In this document: one piece after another, positions 1 to 10,051 of the stretch
Numbering within the stretch: position 1 is the stretch's first letter
Layout: each line of letters starts with the position of its first letter
DNA from: an uncultured Armatimonadetes bacterium
Lineage (GTDB): Bacteria; Armatimonadota; Hebobacteria; Hebobacterales; Hebobacteraceae
NCBI GenBank assembly: GCA_963716175.1
Contig: OY970296.1
Location: forward strand, 2,432,001-2,496,000
DNA length: 64,000 nt
Reading direction: 5' to 3'
Position numbers and translations under genes: made by a program
Notes under the pieces: generated by a model
The model's database searches: none
Seen by the model: only the letters and a program-made list of their open reading frames with translations
Told to the model about the DNA's origin: nothing

Positions 1-2
1 TG

Positions 3-314
3 CCGCTGATGGCCTGGTCCAGCCAGGCGCGCGGGTTCTTCGTCGTGGGCGATCGCGAGCATCTCTCGGACCCAGAGCTCGTCCGCTGCTGGTACCGCGA
101 GGATAACTTCCAGCGGCTGGAGCGGGCGAAGGAGCTGGCCAGGAAGAAAGCTGTCCAACCCATCAACATCGCTCTTGCCTACGTGCTCTGCCAGCCCTTC
201 CCGACTTTCGCGCTGATCGGGCCCCAGACCCTGGAGGAGACCGACATCGCGTTCCGCGGTCTGGAGGTGGAGCTGACGTCGGAGGAGATAAGCTGGCTGA
301 ACCTGGAGGAGTAG
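3..314 (+). CDS. Aldo/keto reductase family protein, C-terminal part (5' truncated by window edge)
   Basis: AWSSQARG, IALAYVL and ALIGP motifs typical of the AKR C-terminus; frame open from the window start. Confidence 0.85.
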   Translation, partial: PLMAWSSQARGFFVVGDREHLSDPELVRCWYREDNFQRLERAKELARKKAVQPINIALAYVLCQPFPTFALIGPQTLEETDIAFRGLEVELTSEEISWLNLEE

Positions 315-335
315 GGGAGGTCCGCGACCTGCCCC
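311..335 (+). repeat. GTAG-type REP palindrome (family 1) overlapping the AKR stop codon
   Basis: GTAGGGGAGGTCCGCGACCTGCCCC; same core at 7036-7104, 35044, 35344, 35373 and 36218. Confidence 0.85.
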
Positions 336-345
336 TGGTACTGAT

Positions 346-1497
346 ATGACCCCCAAGGAACGCGTGACGGCCGCATTCGAGGGCCGGCCCGCCGACAAAG
401 TGCCGGTGCACCACATCGGGACCTGCTCCCAGGTGGCCTCGGCGCTGCTTGGCCGCGAGGCCTACGTCGGCGGCGGCATTCAGCAGTGGCGGGAGGCGGT
501 GGCCTGGTGGCAAGGGGAGGACGCTCACGCCGAGTTCGTCGAGCGCTCGTTCCAGGACGCCATGGCCTTTGCCCGCGTGTGCGAGAACGACATCGTGCGC
601 CCCAGCTATTGGCGCTACAACGTCAAGCCCACCAAGCTGCTGGATGAGAACACCTTCCTCTACGAGTACGGCGAGGAAGCCCACTGGCGCGTGCTGCGCT
701 ACGATCCACCCAGCGAGCAGTGTGCCTTGTTCTCTCATCTGCCGGGGAAGCCGCTCACCTTCGAGGACATAGCAGCGGACCTGGAGGCACAGGAGAAGGC
801 GATCGCCGATTACCGTCCGCACGCGAGGTCCTATGAGTTCGAGATTCGCGCGCAGAAGCTGCTGGGCGATCAGTATGCCGTGCGTGTGGGCGCCGCGAGC
901 ATCGGCCTTCCCCTGGATGACCACACTGTCTGGTTCGAGGCCCTGATCCTGCGCCCTGACCTGGTGGCCCGGCACCTCGACCTGCAAGTCGAGCAGGCCA
1001 GGCGAACGGTGGCCTTCCTCGCCTCCCTGGGCTTTCAGTACTTCTTCGGCGGCGGGGATTTCGCTTCCAATCATGGACCGATGTACTCACCTCGCCATTT
1101 CCGCGAGCTGGTCGTGCCGCGGCTGCGCCAGGTCTCGGAAATCTGCCACCAGCATGGCGGCTGCCACCTGTTCGCCAGCGATGGCGACCTCTGGCCCGTG
1201 GCCGGCGATCTCTTCGGCGAGGCCGGGGTGGACGGCTTCTACGAGGTTGATCGGCGCGCGGGCATGGATCTCCGGAAGCTGCACGACCGATTCCCGGGGC
1301 TCACCACCATTGGCAATATCTCGTCTCACACCCTCCATCTTGGCGCCAGGGAGGAGGTGGTGCGCGAGACGGAGGAGGCGATCGGTGAGAGCAAGCGCTT
1401 CAGCAAGACCATCGTCGGGGTGTCCAACTACCTGGTGCCTGGCACGCCTATCGAGAACGTGATGGCCATGCTCGAAACCATACACGGCCAGCGGTGA
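346..1497 (+). CDS. Uroporphyrinogen decarboxylase (URO-D/MtaA-CmuA-like) family protein
   Basis: MTPKERV..AFEG.PADKVP N-terminus; GDFAS.HGPMYSP, SDG and GNIS motifs; sugar-cluster-type URO-D homologue rather than true HemE. Confidence 0.8.
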   Translation: MTPKERVTAAFEGRPADKVPVHHIGTCSQVASALLGREAYVGGGIQQWREAVAWWQGEDAHAEFVERSFQDAMAFARVCENDIVRPSYWRYNVKPTKLLDENTFLYEYGEEAHWRVLRYDPPSEQCALFSHLPGKPLTFEDIAADLEAQEKAIADYRPHARSYEFEIRAQKLLGDQYAVRVGAASIGLPLDDHTVWFEALILRPDLVARHLDLQVEQARRTVAFLASLGFQYFFGGGDFASNHGPMYSPRHFRELVVPRLRQVSEICHQHGGCHLFASDGDLWPVAGDLFGEAGVDGFYEVDRRAGMDLRKLHDRFPGLTTIGNISSHTLHLGAREEVVRETEEAIGESKRFSKTIVGVSNYLVPGTPIENVMAMLETIHGQR

Positions 1498-1509
1498 GCG
1501 TACTGTCTC

Positions 1510-2694
1510 ATGCCGCAAGCAGCGGACAGCGGGCCGGTTACACGTCGCGGGTTCCTCCAGGGCATCGCCGCCGGGCTGCTGATGGCAACCGTCCCAACGG
1601 CCTGGGATGCTTCATCCCGGGAGAAGGAGAACAGAGCAATGGCTGCTGAGAACCAGTCCTGGAACGTACGCGATTTCGGCGCAAAAGGTGATGGCAAGAC
1701 CGACGACACTACCGCCATCCAGTGCGCTCTCGATGCCGCGACCAAGACACAGGCCACCGTCGTGGTGCCCGAGGGAGTCTTCCTTTGCTCCGCCTTGAAG
1801 TTGCATCCCCAGGTGGGACTGGTGGGCGCTCCCACCTGGAGCTACCAGAAGCCCGGTGGAGCCGTGATTCGTCTCAATGACGACAAGGCGCGCTGCCTGC
1901 TGGACATGACCGGTGCCATCGGCGCCACCGTGAGCGGCCTCTCGCTTGACGGCCAGGGCCTGGGAGAGGGCATTCACGGCATTCTGGTGGACAAGCCTGA
2001 GTACAAGGTGGAGGACTCGTTCCGCATCGAGCGTTGCCAGATCGGCCGCTTCACCGGGGATGGCGTGCGGCTCGACCGCATCTGGTGCTTCAGCATGAGA
2101 CACAACATGATCTGCTACAACAAGGAGAACGGCCTGCGCATCAGGGGCTGGGACGGCTTCCTGCTCGACAACTGGTTCTCTGGAAACGGCCAGGCCGGCT
2201 TCGGCGCCTATGAAGAGAATGCTTCCATCACCCTGGTCGCCAATCGCATTGAGTGGAACCGCAGTGGCGGCGTGATCGTCCACAGCGGCAACCACTATCA
2301 CATCACCAGCAACTTCATTGATCGTTCGGGCGGCCCCGGCATCGCCTTGCTGGACTCCGACGGTCCCTCCTCCACGATCTCCATTGTGGGCAATCTGATC
2401 CACCGCAGTGGCGCGCCCTGGCGAGAGCTGGACCCCCACGACAGCTCCCACGTCCGGTTCGAGGGGTGCCACGGTCTGGTCTTCAGCGGCAACGCCATGA
2501 GCGTGGGCCAGGATGACCGCGGCCGGGGCAAGTGGTCTCCTCGCTACGCCATCGTCTACGGCCGCCTCGAGAACTCGGTGATCAAAGACAACGTGATGCA
2601 TCACGCGGCCCTGGAGCAGCTCATGGTGGATCTGGGCGGCCACAAGGAGGGGGTGGTGGTCAAAGACAACGTCGGCAGCGTTCGCGCTCTGTAG
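1510..2694 (+). CDS. Right-handed beta-helix (pectate lyase 3-like) protein with Tat signal
   Basis: TRRGFL twin-arginine motif plus hydrophobic stretch; NVRDFGAKGDGKTDDT.AIQ.ALD motif; repeated N/G-rich beta-helix turns. Confidence 0.85.
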   Translation: MPQAADSGPVTRRGFLQGIAAGLLMATVPTAWDASSREKENRAMAAENQSWNVRDFGAKGDGKTDDTTAIQCALDAATKTQATVVVPEGVFLCSALKLHPQVGLVGAPTWSYQKPGGAVIRLNDDKARCLLDMTGAIGATVSGLSLDGQGLGEGIHGILVDKPEYKVEDSFRIERCQIGRFTGDGVRLDRIWCFSMRHNMICYNKENGLRIRGWDGFLLDNWFSGNGQAGFGAYEENASITLVANRIEWNRSGGVIVHSGNHYHITSNFIDRSGGPGIALLDSDGPSSTISIVGNLIHRSGAPWRELDPHDSSHVRFEGCHGLVFSGNAMSVGQDDRGRGKWSPRYAIVYGRLENSVIKDNVMHHAALEQLMVDLGGHKEGVVVKDNVGSVRAL

Positions 2695-2751
2695 AGTGTA
2701 TCGCGGATGTGCCCGCCGCGCGTGGGCGAGTGCAGGCTTGCGCGCTGCGAG

Positions 2752-2854
2752 GTAGCGGGGCAGGAGCAAGCTCCTGCCGAACGGGTTTTGCGATGCACTC
2801 TGTGGGGCAGCCTCTCCCGACGCTGCCAGGCGCAGTCGGGAGATGAGGCCCTAC
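2752..2854. repeat. REP-like palindrome cluster between convergent genes (possible bidirectional terminator)
   Basis: GTAGCGGGGCAGGAGCAAGCTCCTGCC at 2752; stem TCTCCCGAC/GTCGGGAGA 2813-2843; minus-strand GTAGGGCC overlaps the GH116 stop. Confidence 0.6.
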
Positions 2855-5445
2855 AACGCCGTGATGGTCAGTGTCGCGCCCGACCTGATCGTGACCGGCC
2901 TTGCGAACTCCACAGCTTCCTGGTCCCATGCTTTCACCGGCGCGGCCCGCCGGCCAAGCGCCGCGGTTACCCTGCGGGCGCGGCGCAGCACCCCGGGCAG
3001 CTCCACTCGCCGCAGCCGCAGCGATCCCCGGGTCGTGGTGATCGCAGCGGCGGCTCTTCGTGTCCCGAGGCGCTGCCGGTAGGTCCCCCAGCCGGACCCG
3101 ACGCACCAGAAGCAAGTGAAGTCCTCCCCGTGCAGCCGCGGCTGGAACCGGATGCGCTGATCGGGGGCGGAGTAATGGAACCCGCTCAGGGCCAGCAGCA
3201 GGGCGTAGCTGGCCATCGCTCTGGCGTAGTGGTGCCCGCACTCGATCTCGTCCCAGGGGTTGCGACGGCCGCCGTCGTGGCGGTCTCGCGCGCCCTTGAC
3301 CATGGCCAGCCCTTCGTCCACCAGCCCCTCATAGATCAGGTGACTGGCGACTTGATACTCGACCCCGGTCCACACCTCGTCACTGTAGAAGAAGGGATCG
3401 GCCGGCCTGCCGCCGAGAGGCCAGGAGCAGAGGATGAGGCCTCTCTCATCATCCGCGGCATAGATGCGTTGGGGATTGTCGTGACTGATGAACTCCTCCC
3501 GCCAGTTGTGACTGAAGATGGCCGCCAGTGCTCGCTTGACATGCGTGGGATCGAGCAGGTGGCCCAGCCCCAGCATGGTCGCATACCACTGGCCGATGAC
3601 CTGATCGGAGAGACAGCCGCGCCCGTACTGGTACTTGGGCTCGCCATCCGCCGCGACCGGCGAGGCCGGGCTCGCCGGATCCCTGGGCGCATCGCGGTTG
3701 ACCTGCTGCTCGTAGTACTCGCCGTTGAACAGGTGCCGGTCAACCCAGGCGCGGCCGGACTCGAATAGGCGGCGATAGTCTGCGGCCTGATCGCGCTCGC
3801 CGAACCGCACCGCGATCTCCTCCATGGCCCGGAGCGCGCCCAGGTAATAGCTGCCGAGCATGGAGTTCGGGCCCCAGAACTCGATGTCATAGGTATTGTG
3901 CTGCACCCCGTCCATCACCCCATCCTGGTCAGCATCCCAGTGCCGCCAGGTGTAGGCCATCGCCCGCTTCATCGCAGGCCAGATCCGCTTAAGGCAATCC
4001 TCGTCACCGCTGATCAGCCAATCCCGGTAGGCCCGCATGATCGTCCCGTGCTGGCCGTCTGCCGCGGCGTGGTAGCTGCGGTCGGCCCTGGTGCCCAAAG
4101 GCAGCGGCGTGCGGAAAGTCATATGGCCATCGTCGGCCGGGTCGTACCGGTAATGGGCCTCGCGCGCTCCGCGCTCCAGGGCCGGGAACAGATACGCAAG
4201 GGCCTGCGCGTAGTTCCAGACATGAGTGCAGGTCCCCGGGCAGCAACCCGCGCTATCATGGCACCCCTCGAAGCCCCAGAAGGTGCCGTCAGTCAGGCGC
4301 AGGCAGGTGGTAGTCTTCAGGATGCTGATCTGCGAGGCGATGGCGTCAAGCGCGGCCGCGGGCAGCGAGGAACCGAACAGGGCATCTTGGAAGGCGCGGC
4401 TCTCCTTCTCCAGCCGTCTCAGGTGCTTGCTGGCGTAACGAGCCACCTCCCATGCATCCTCCCAGACGGTCGCATAGTAGTTCCGCCACGTGGCCTGCCC
4501 GCCGTCCCCGCCCGGCTGCTGATAGTTGGGGAAGTGCCAGGCGATGACCACGGGGAGGGTGACCAGTTGACCTGGCTTCAGGTTGGCGTGAAGGGCCAGC
4601 GCGCCGATCCCGGTCTCGCCGGGCGCACTGGGGGAGAGGTCGTTCACGTCGGCGAGGCGGCCCGCGGCTTTGAAGGCCTCCCAGAACTGGTTCAGGCCAT
4701 CCAGGCCGAAGCCCTCCGGCCAGGTGGTGAGATAGGTCACGTTCCGCCACGGCGTGGCCAGCGCCATGCTCCCGAAGCGCGGGGAATCGGCCGGATGCTG
4801 CTGCGAGGTCATCCTCAGCCCCCGGAGCCCGGGCTCTGCTGCAAAGGCAGTCACGTTCTCACCCACCTCCGGCGTGCCGACCGCGTTCCGCAGGTTCGCG
4901 TTCAGGGCGATCCGGAGCGGCCGCCCGGCCACGTTGCGCAAGGTGTAGAGGAAGATGGCGGCGGGAATACTTGAGTCCAAGTCATTCCCTGGGATCAATG
5001 GGTTGAACGCCTCGAGCGTGACCTTGACCGGGAACCCGGGTTCGTCCAGCTGGACCGTAGCGAAGGGCATGCGCCCCGTGAAACTGCAGTGGCGGAAATG
5101 AGCCAGGCCCCCACCGGCCGCGCGATCGCCTCCATGGCCAGAGCCGATGAGAGAGCTGAGCCCGGGCCCCTTGAGCACCCGGCATTCGGGGCGGAGACGT
5201 GAACCAGGCTCACCGCTCGGCCTGACCCAGAGCGCGAAGAAAGACCCCGGAAGCTGCTGACCCTTGGCCGGCCTGTTGAAGATCTCCCAATCGCGCAGGG
5301 ACCCGTTCCCCGCCAGGGACACGCACCCGGTGCCGATCCCGCCGAGCGGGAACGCGATCTGCGCCAGCTGTGGGCCCCGGAAGGTGCGCGGCGGGCCGGT
5401 CTTCCGCAGTTCTTTGCGCGAAGCTGACAGTCTTGCGATGGCCAT
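2851..5445 (-). CDS. GH116 family glycoside hydrolase (non-lysosomal glucosylceramidase-like)
   Basis: FPLGGIGTG, WEIFNRP, GFEGC, CTHVWNYA, QHNTYD, EVWTGVEY, ECGHHYARAM motifs. Confidence 0.92.
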   Translation of the reverse strand: MAIARLSASRKELRKTGPPRTFRGPQLAQIAFPLGGIGTGCVSLAGNGSLRDWEIFNRPAKGQQLPGSFFALWVRPSGEPGSRLRPECRVLKGPGLSSLIGSGHGGDRAAGGGLAHFRHCSFTGRMPFATVQLDEPGFPVKVTLEAFNPLIPGNDLDSSIPAAIFLYTLRNVAGRPLRIALNANLRNAVGTPEVGENVTAFAAEPGLRGLRMTSQQHPADSPRFGSMALATPWRNVTYLTTWPEGFGLDGLNQFWEAFKAAGRLADVNDLSPSAPGETGIGALALHANLKPGQLVTLPVVIAWHFPNYQQPGGDGGQATWRNYYATVWEDAWEVARYASKHLRRLEKESRAFQDALFGSSLPAAALDAIASQISILKTTTCLRLTDGTFWGFEGCHDSAGCCPGTCTHVWNYAQALAYLFPALERGAREAHYRYDPADDGHMTFRTPLPLGTRADRSYHAAADGQHGTIMRAYRDWLISGDEDCLKRIWPAMKRAMAYTWRHWDADQDGVMDGVQHNTYDIEFWGPNSMLGSYYLGALRAMEEIAVRFGERDQAADYRRLFESGRAWVDRHLFNGEYYEQQVNRDAPRDPASPASPVAADGEPKYQYGRGCLSDQVIGQWYATMLGLGHLLDPTHVKRALAAIFSHNWREEFISHDNPQRIYAADDERGLILCSWPLGGRPADPFFYSDEVWTGVEYQVASHLIYEGLVDEGLAMVKGARDRHDGGRRNPWDEIECGHHYARAMASYALLLALSGFHYSAPDQRIRFQPRLHGEDFTCFWCVGSGWGTYRQRLGTRRAAAAITTTRGSLRLRRVELPGVLRRARRVTAALGRRAAPVKAWDQEAVEFARPVTIRSGATLTITAL

Positions 5446-5605
5446 GTGATCCGCTCCAGGCCGCCCGATTTCGCCCGCGTGCTACCATCCGCGGACGCGA
5501 TTCTCCTGCCAGCCGGCGCCGGCGCAGGGAAGACCGCAGGGCGCAGGGAAGAACCCCCCGGCGGTGCGCGGTCTCTGGACCGGATGCTAGTGAGGAATCA
5601 GATCG

Positions 5606-7039
5606 TTGGATGATCGAACGACGGTTAATGAGAGTGATGCTACCGCGGAGACCACTGTCGGGGGCTGGCCGACACGGGCCCGAACGTCTTTGACCAGACG
5701 CCGCGTTGTGCTTCCCGTCATGCTGGTGGTGGTCCTGGCAGGCGTGATCCTCGGCGGGCGTTGGATTGTCTATAGCCGCACTCATGTCAGCACGGATGAC
5801 GCCCAGATCGAGTCGGATATCTACCCGGTCAGCGCGCGTGTGGCTGGGCACGTACGGGCCGTCTACGTGGACACGAACCAGCAGGTTCGGGCCGGGCAAG
5901 TGCTGCTGGAGATAGACCCCAGGGACTATCAGGTGGCGGTCCAGCAGGGGGAGGCCGCGCTGGCCCAAGCTGCGAGCACGGCCCAGGCGGCCGGGGGAAC
6001 GGTCGGGGTGACAGAACGGACGGGCAGCGCCGGGATCTCGCAGGCGAAAGCGGCGCTGGCGGCCGCACAGGCCCAGCGGGCGATCAACGAGCGCCAGAGC
6101 GAGTCCGCGGCCGGCGCGGTGGAGGCCGCGCGGGCGGATGAGAAAGTGGCCGGGGCCGCGGTGGAGGTGGCGGGTCGGGAGGTCGTCTCCAGCCAGGCCG
6201 CGGTCACCAGCGCTCGCGCCAGGGCGGATGAGGCAGAGAAGGACGCGGCGCGCATGGAGAAGCTGCTGGCGGAGGGCGCCATCAGCACCCAGCAGAGAGA
6301 CGCCGCGGAGGCGGCTCGCATCACCGCACAAGCCAACGTGGAGGCCGCGCAGGCGCAGTTGAGGGCCTCCGAGGCCGGAGTGACGCAGGCCGGCGAGCGC
6401 CTGCGCCAGGCCGCAGTGGCGGTGACTCAGGCGCTTCAGAGGGCGCAGGCCGCGCAGGCCGGGGTGGCTCAAGCCCAGGCCGCAGTACGCCAGGCCGAGG
6501 CCGGCGTGCGCTCCTCCTTGTCCAGCCCGGTCCAGGTCAGGGTACGCCGCTCGGAGGCGCAGAGCGCCCAGGCCCAGGTGGCGGGCGCGCGGGCTCGCCT
6601 CGAGCAGGCCCAGTTGAACCTGTCCTATACCCGCATCGTGTCCCCTGTGGACGGGACGGTGGCCCAGAAGAATGTGGAGCCGGGCCAGTTCGTTCAGCCC
6701 GGACAGCCGCTCTTCGCTGTCGTCCCTCAGGCCGGCGCCTACGTGGCGGCCAACTTCAAGGAAACCCAGCTCGCCTGTGTCAGGGTGGGGCAGCGGGCGA
6801 CCTTCACTGTTGACAGCTATCCGGGGATCTCGTTCTCGGGCCGGGTCGAGTCACTGAGCCCCGGTACCGGCGCTGTCTTCAGCCTGCTGCCTCCCGAGAA
6901 TGCCTCGGGCAATTTCACCAAGGTGGTGCAGCGGGTCCCGGTGCGCATTCGCATTGACCAAGCAGCCGACTCGGCCCGATCACCGGCGCCGGTGCTGCGC
7001 GCCGGCATGAGCGTGATCGCCGCCGTTGAGACCAAGTAG
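5606..7039 (+). CDS. HlyD/EmrA family membrane fusion protein
   Basis: N-terminal TM, STDDAQI, long Ala/Gln coiled coil, ANFKETQ, FSLLPPENASGNFTKVVQRVPV; TTG start with GAGGA SD. Confidence 0.92.
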   Translation: MDDRTTVNESDATAETTVGGWPTRARTSLTRRRVVLPVMLVVVLAGVILGGRWIVYSRTHVSTDDAQIESDIYPVSARVAGHVRAVYVDTNQQVRAGQVLLEIDPRDYQVAVQQGEAALAQAASTAQAAGGTVGVTERTGSAGISQAKAALAAAQAQRAINERQSESAAGAVEAARADEKVAGAAVEVAGREVVSSQAAVTSARARADEAEKDAARMEKLLAEGAISTQQRDAAEAARITAQANVEAAQAQLRASEAGVTQAGERLRQAAVAVTQALQRAQAAQAGVAQAQAAVRQAEAGVRSSLSSPVQVRVRRSEAQSAQAQVAGARARLEQAQLNLSYTRIVSPVDGTVAQKNVEPGQFVQPGQPLFAVVPQAGAYVAANFKETQLACVRVGQRATFTVDSYPGISFSGRVESLSPGTGAVFSLLPPENASGNFTKVVQRVPVRIRIDQAADSARSPAPVLRAGMSVIAAVETK

Positions 7040-7131
7040 GGCAGGTCCGGGACCTGCCGTGGGTAGGGCAGGTCCGCGACCTGCCGTGGGTAGGGCAGGT
7101 CCCCAAGGGCCAGGCTGGGAGCCTGGGCTAC
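7036..7131. repeat. Tandem 27-bp REP array (family 1; two full units plus a partial third) followed by an inverted family-2 REP
   Basis: GTAGGGCAGGTCCGSGACCTGCCGTGG units start at 7036, 7063, 7090; 7111-7131 is the reverse complement of GTAGCCCAGGCTCCCAGCCTG. Confidence 0.9.
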
Positions 7132-7153
7132 CTTCCTGCCCGAGTGCGACTCT

Positions 7154-8737
7154 ATGACCGCATCCGCACAACCTAGCGAAGAGGCCGCCCTCCCAGATAG
7201 TGTCAACCGCTGGCTGGTGACCAGCTCCATCGTGTTGGGCACACTGATGGGCGCCATTGACATGAGCATTGTCAATGTCGCTCTCCCTGAGATCCGGGCC
7301 GGCCTGGGGGCCACGCTCACTGAAATCAGTTGGATTGCCACCGGCTACCTGGTGGCAGTGGTGGTGATCCTGCCGCTGACCGCCTGGTTGTCCTCCGTGA
7401 TCGGCCGGAAACGGCTCTACTTGCTTGCGGTGGTCCTGTTCACGGTGTCTTCGCTGTTCTGCGCGCTCTCTCGCTCGCTTCACGTGCTGGTCTTCTTCCG
7501 GATCATCCAGGGCCTCGGCGCGGGCCTGATGCAGCCCATCGCCATGGCCATTCTGCGCGAGATCTTCCCTCCCCGGGAGCAGGCCATGGCCATGGGTATC
7601 TTCGGCATCGCCATCCTGCTGGGCCCGGCCATTGGCCCCACCCTGGGGGGCTGGCTGACTGACAACTACGGCTGGCCCTGGATCTTCTACATCAACCTGC
7701 CCATCGGCGCCCTCACCGTCTTCATGGCCTCCCAGTTCGTCTACGATCCGGCCTATCTGCAGCGGCAGAAGATCAGCGACATGGATTACGTCGGGATTGT
7801 CCTCTTGACCGTGGGCCTCGCCTCCATGCAGACCGTGCTGTCGGAGGGCCAGAGCGAGGACTGGTTCGGATCCCCTTGGATCCTGGGCCTGACCGTGCTG
7901 GCAGGGCTGGCGCTCATCGTCTTCACCTTCTGGGAGCTGCGCAGCAAGCGGCCGGCGGTGGACCTGACGATTCTGGCCAATAGCTCGTACACCTCGGGCA
8001 CGCTGCTGGGCGGGCTGCTCGGGCTCTCGCTTTTTGGCACCATCTTCCTGCTGCCCCTGTTCATGCAAGAGCTGTTGGGCTACGACGCGCTCCAGTCCGG
8101 CATCGCCATGCTGCCTCGTTCTCTGGTGATGATGGTGGGCATGCCCATCGCTGGGCGCCTCTACAACCACCTGGGCCCCAGGCCGATGATCGGGTGCGGG
8201 CTCGCGCTTTCCGCCATGTCCTCCTTCCTGATGGCCCGGTACACGGATCAGACCAGCTACATGGGCCTGGTGATCCCCCAGATCTGGCAGGGGCTGGCCT
8301 TCTCGCTGATCTTCGTCTCTCTCTCCACCGCCGCCCTGGCCCGGGTGGCGCGCCCCCGCCTCACCAACGCGGCGGCGCTCTACAATCTGGTGCGGCAGGT
8401 GGGCGGCAGCTTCGGCATCGCCATCTTCGCCACCATGCTGGAGAGCCGGCAGACTGTGGTCGCCAGCACGCTGATCGGCCACATTAACCCCTACAACCCA
8501 GACTTCGTCTCCCGCTATCAGGCCGCGGTCGCCGCCCTCTCCGCCCGGGGCGTGATCCCGAGCGAGGCCGGTGCGAAAGCGCTGGCGCTGTTCAGCGGCC
8601 TGGTCCAGAAACAGGCGGCAGTGATGTCCTTCGAATACGCCTTCTTCGTGATCGGGGCCCTCTTTGTCATCACTTTGCCGCTGACGTTCCTGCTCGGCTC
8701 GCGCAAGCAGGCCATCCCCAGCGCACCTGTGTTGTGA
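7154..8737 (+). CDS. DHA2 family MFS efflux permease (EmrB/QacA)
   Basis: DMSIVNVALP, WI.TGYL, GPAIGPTLGGWLTDNYGWPWIFYINLPIG; 14-TM pattern; follows emrA-like gene. Confidence 0.93.
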   Translation: MTASAQPSEEAALPDSVNRWLVTSSIVLGTLMGAIDMSIVNVALPEIRAGLGATLTEISWIATGYLVAVVVILPLTAWLSSVIGRKRLYLLAVVLFTVSSLFCALSRSLHVLVFFRIIQGLGAGLMQPIAMAILREIFPPREQAMAMGIFGIAILLGPAIGPTLGGWLTDNYGWPWIFYINLPIGALTVFMASQFVYDPAYLQRQKISDMDYVGIVLLTVGLASMQTVLSEGQSEDWFGSPWILGLTVLAGLALIVFTFWELRSKRPAVDLTILANSSYTSGTLLGGLLGLSLFGTIFLLPLFMQELLGYDALQSGIAMLPRSLVMMVGMPIAGRLYNHLGPRPMIGCGLALSAMSSFLMARYTDQTSYMGLVIPQIWQGLAFSLIFVSLSTAALARVARPRLTNAAALYNLVRQVGGSFGIAIFATMLESRQTVVASTLIGHINPYNPDFVSRYQAAVAALSARGVIPSEAGAKALALFSGLVQKQAAVMSFEYAFFVIGALFVITLPLTFLLGSRKQAIPSAPVL

Positions 8738-8767
8738 GCGGCTGCGCCGGGAGGCCGCGAGCGCGCT

Positions 8768-8793
8768 GGCGGGCTTGGGCGTGCCTGCCCTAC
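8768..8793 (-). repeat. GTAG-type REP (family 3)
   Basis: Reverse complement GTAGGGCAGGCACGCCCAAGCCCGCC; related to 17290, 25838 and 36937. Confidence 0.7.
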
Positions 8794-8975
8794 AGCGGTG
8801 CTGCGGCTTTGTCCCGCAAATCGGCCAGGCCCGCGTTACTGGCCGACTCGTATCAGAGGAGAAACACCCCAGGCTTGTAAGTCTTGGCTCTTGCCAGGAT
8901 AGGCAAGCGGCATCTGCCTAATGTTGGGCGGGCACGACTGCGCTCGCTCTGAAGATACCGCAGGAGGACCATGGG

Positions 8976-9431
8976 ATGTCGGAGGGGTTCGGCCAGGGCG
9001 GACACGGCCCGCCTCCAGGGACAGAGATGCTTTGGCCCTTTCTCCTCTACGGCGGGCTGGTGCTGGCGGTCGCCGCAGTCATCCTGCTGCTTTCCTATCT
9101 GCTGGGGGAGCGCCACCGCGCGCCCGGGCGGGAGATCCCTTATGAATCCGGCATCACTCCCACTGGCAGCGCGCGCCTGCGTTACGGCCTGCACTTCTAC
9201 ACCGTTGGCATCTTCTTCATCCTGTTCGATGTGGAGGCGATCTTCCTCTATGCCTGGGCGGTGGCCTTCCGCGAACTGGGCTGGGCCGGCTACATCGAGG
9301 CCGCGCTGTTCATCCTGGTGCTCTTCCTGGGGCTGGTCTACATCTGGCGCCTGGGGGGGCTGGACTGGAGTCCGAGTCGCCGGCGCACCTCCTCCGGCGG
9401 AGGGAGTCGAGAGGAGAGGGGTGAGAGGTGA
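8976..9431 (+). CDS. nuoA: NADH-quinone oxidoreductase subunit A
   Basis: [26 protein letters not shown]. Confidence 0.95.
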   Translation: MSEGFGQGGHGPPPGTEMLWPFLLYGGLVLAVAAVILLLSYLLGERHRAPGREIPYESGITPTGSARLRYGLHFYTVGIFFILFDVEAIFLYAWAVAFRELGWAGYIEAALFILVLFLGLVYIWRLGGLDWSPSRRRTSSGGGSREERGER

Positions 9432-10048
9432 GGAAGACCAGCAGACAAGAGGCGGGACCATTAGGCTCTGCTTTTCACCTCTCACCTTTCCCCTTTCTCC
9501 TCTCTCGTTTGGACGCTCTGCTGGCCTGGAGCCGCAAGAACTCGATGTGGCCCTTCGGCTTCGGCACCTCTTGCTGCTTTGTGGAGATGATGACCAGCAT
9601 CACCAGCAAGCACGACATCGCTCGCTTCGGCGCGGAGGTGATCCGGCAGACCCCGCGCGAGGCCGATGTCATGGTCATCGCCGGCACGGTGTTCGTCAAG
9701 ATCGCCCCCGTGATCCAGCGCCTGTACGAGCAGATGATGGAGCCGAGATGGGTGATCTCCATGGGGTCGTGCGCCAACTCCGGTGGGATGTACGACATCT
9801 ACAGCGTGGTGCAGGGGGTGGATCGCTTCCTGCCGGTGGATGTCTATGTCCCCGGGTGTCCCCCGCGACCGGAGGCCTTCCTGGAGGGGCTGCTGCTGCT
9901 GCGGGAGGCGGTGGGGCGGGAGCGCAGGCCGCTGAGCTGGGTGGTGGGCGATCAGCGCGTGGTGCGCCCGCAGCTGGCCTCTCCGCGTGACCGCAAGCGA
10001 GAACACCGCGAGCGCATGACCGAGCTCAGACCCATGGACGAGGTCTAG
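9428..10048 (+). CDS. nuoB: NADH-quinone oxidoreductase subunit B
   Basis: [32 protein letters not shown]. Confidence 0.96.
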   Translation: MRKTSRQEAGPLGSAFHLSPFPFLLSRLDALLAWSRKNSMWPFGFGTSCCFVEMMTSITSKHDIARFGAEVIRQTPREADVMVIAGTVFVKIAPVIQRLYEQMMEPRWVISMGSCANSGGMYDIYSVVQGVDRFLPVDVYVPGCPPRPEAFLEGLLLLREAVGRERRPLSWVVGDQRVVRPQLASPRDRKREHRERMTELRPMDEV

Positions 10049-10051
10049 GCC

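Noticed and set aside
346-1497. hemE as part of the heme pathway
   Set aside because: Lacks the WxMRQAGR motif of true HemE and sits among sugar-catabolism genes.
7036-7104. Possible mini CRISPR array
   Set aside because: Units are contiguous with no unique spacers, no cas genes are present, and the unit is a dispersed REP.
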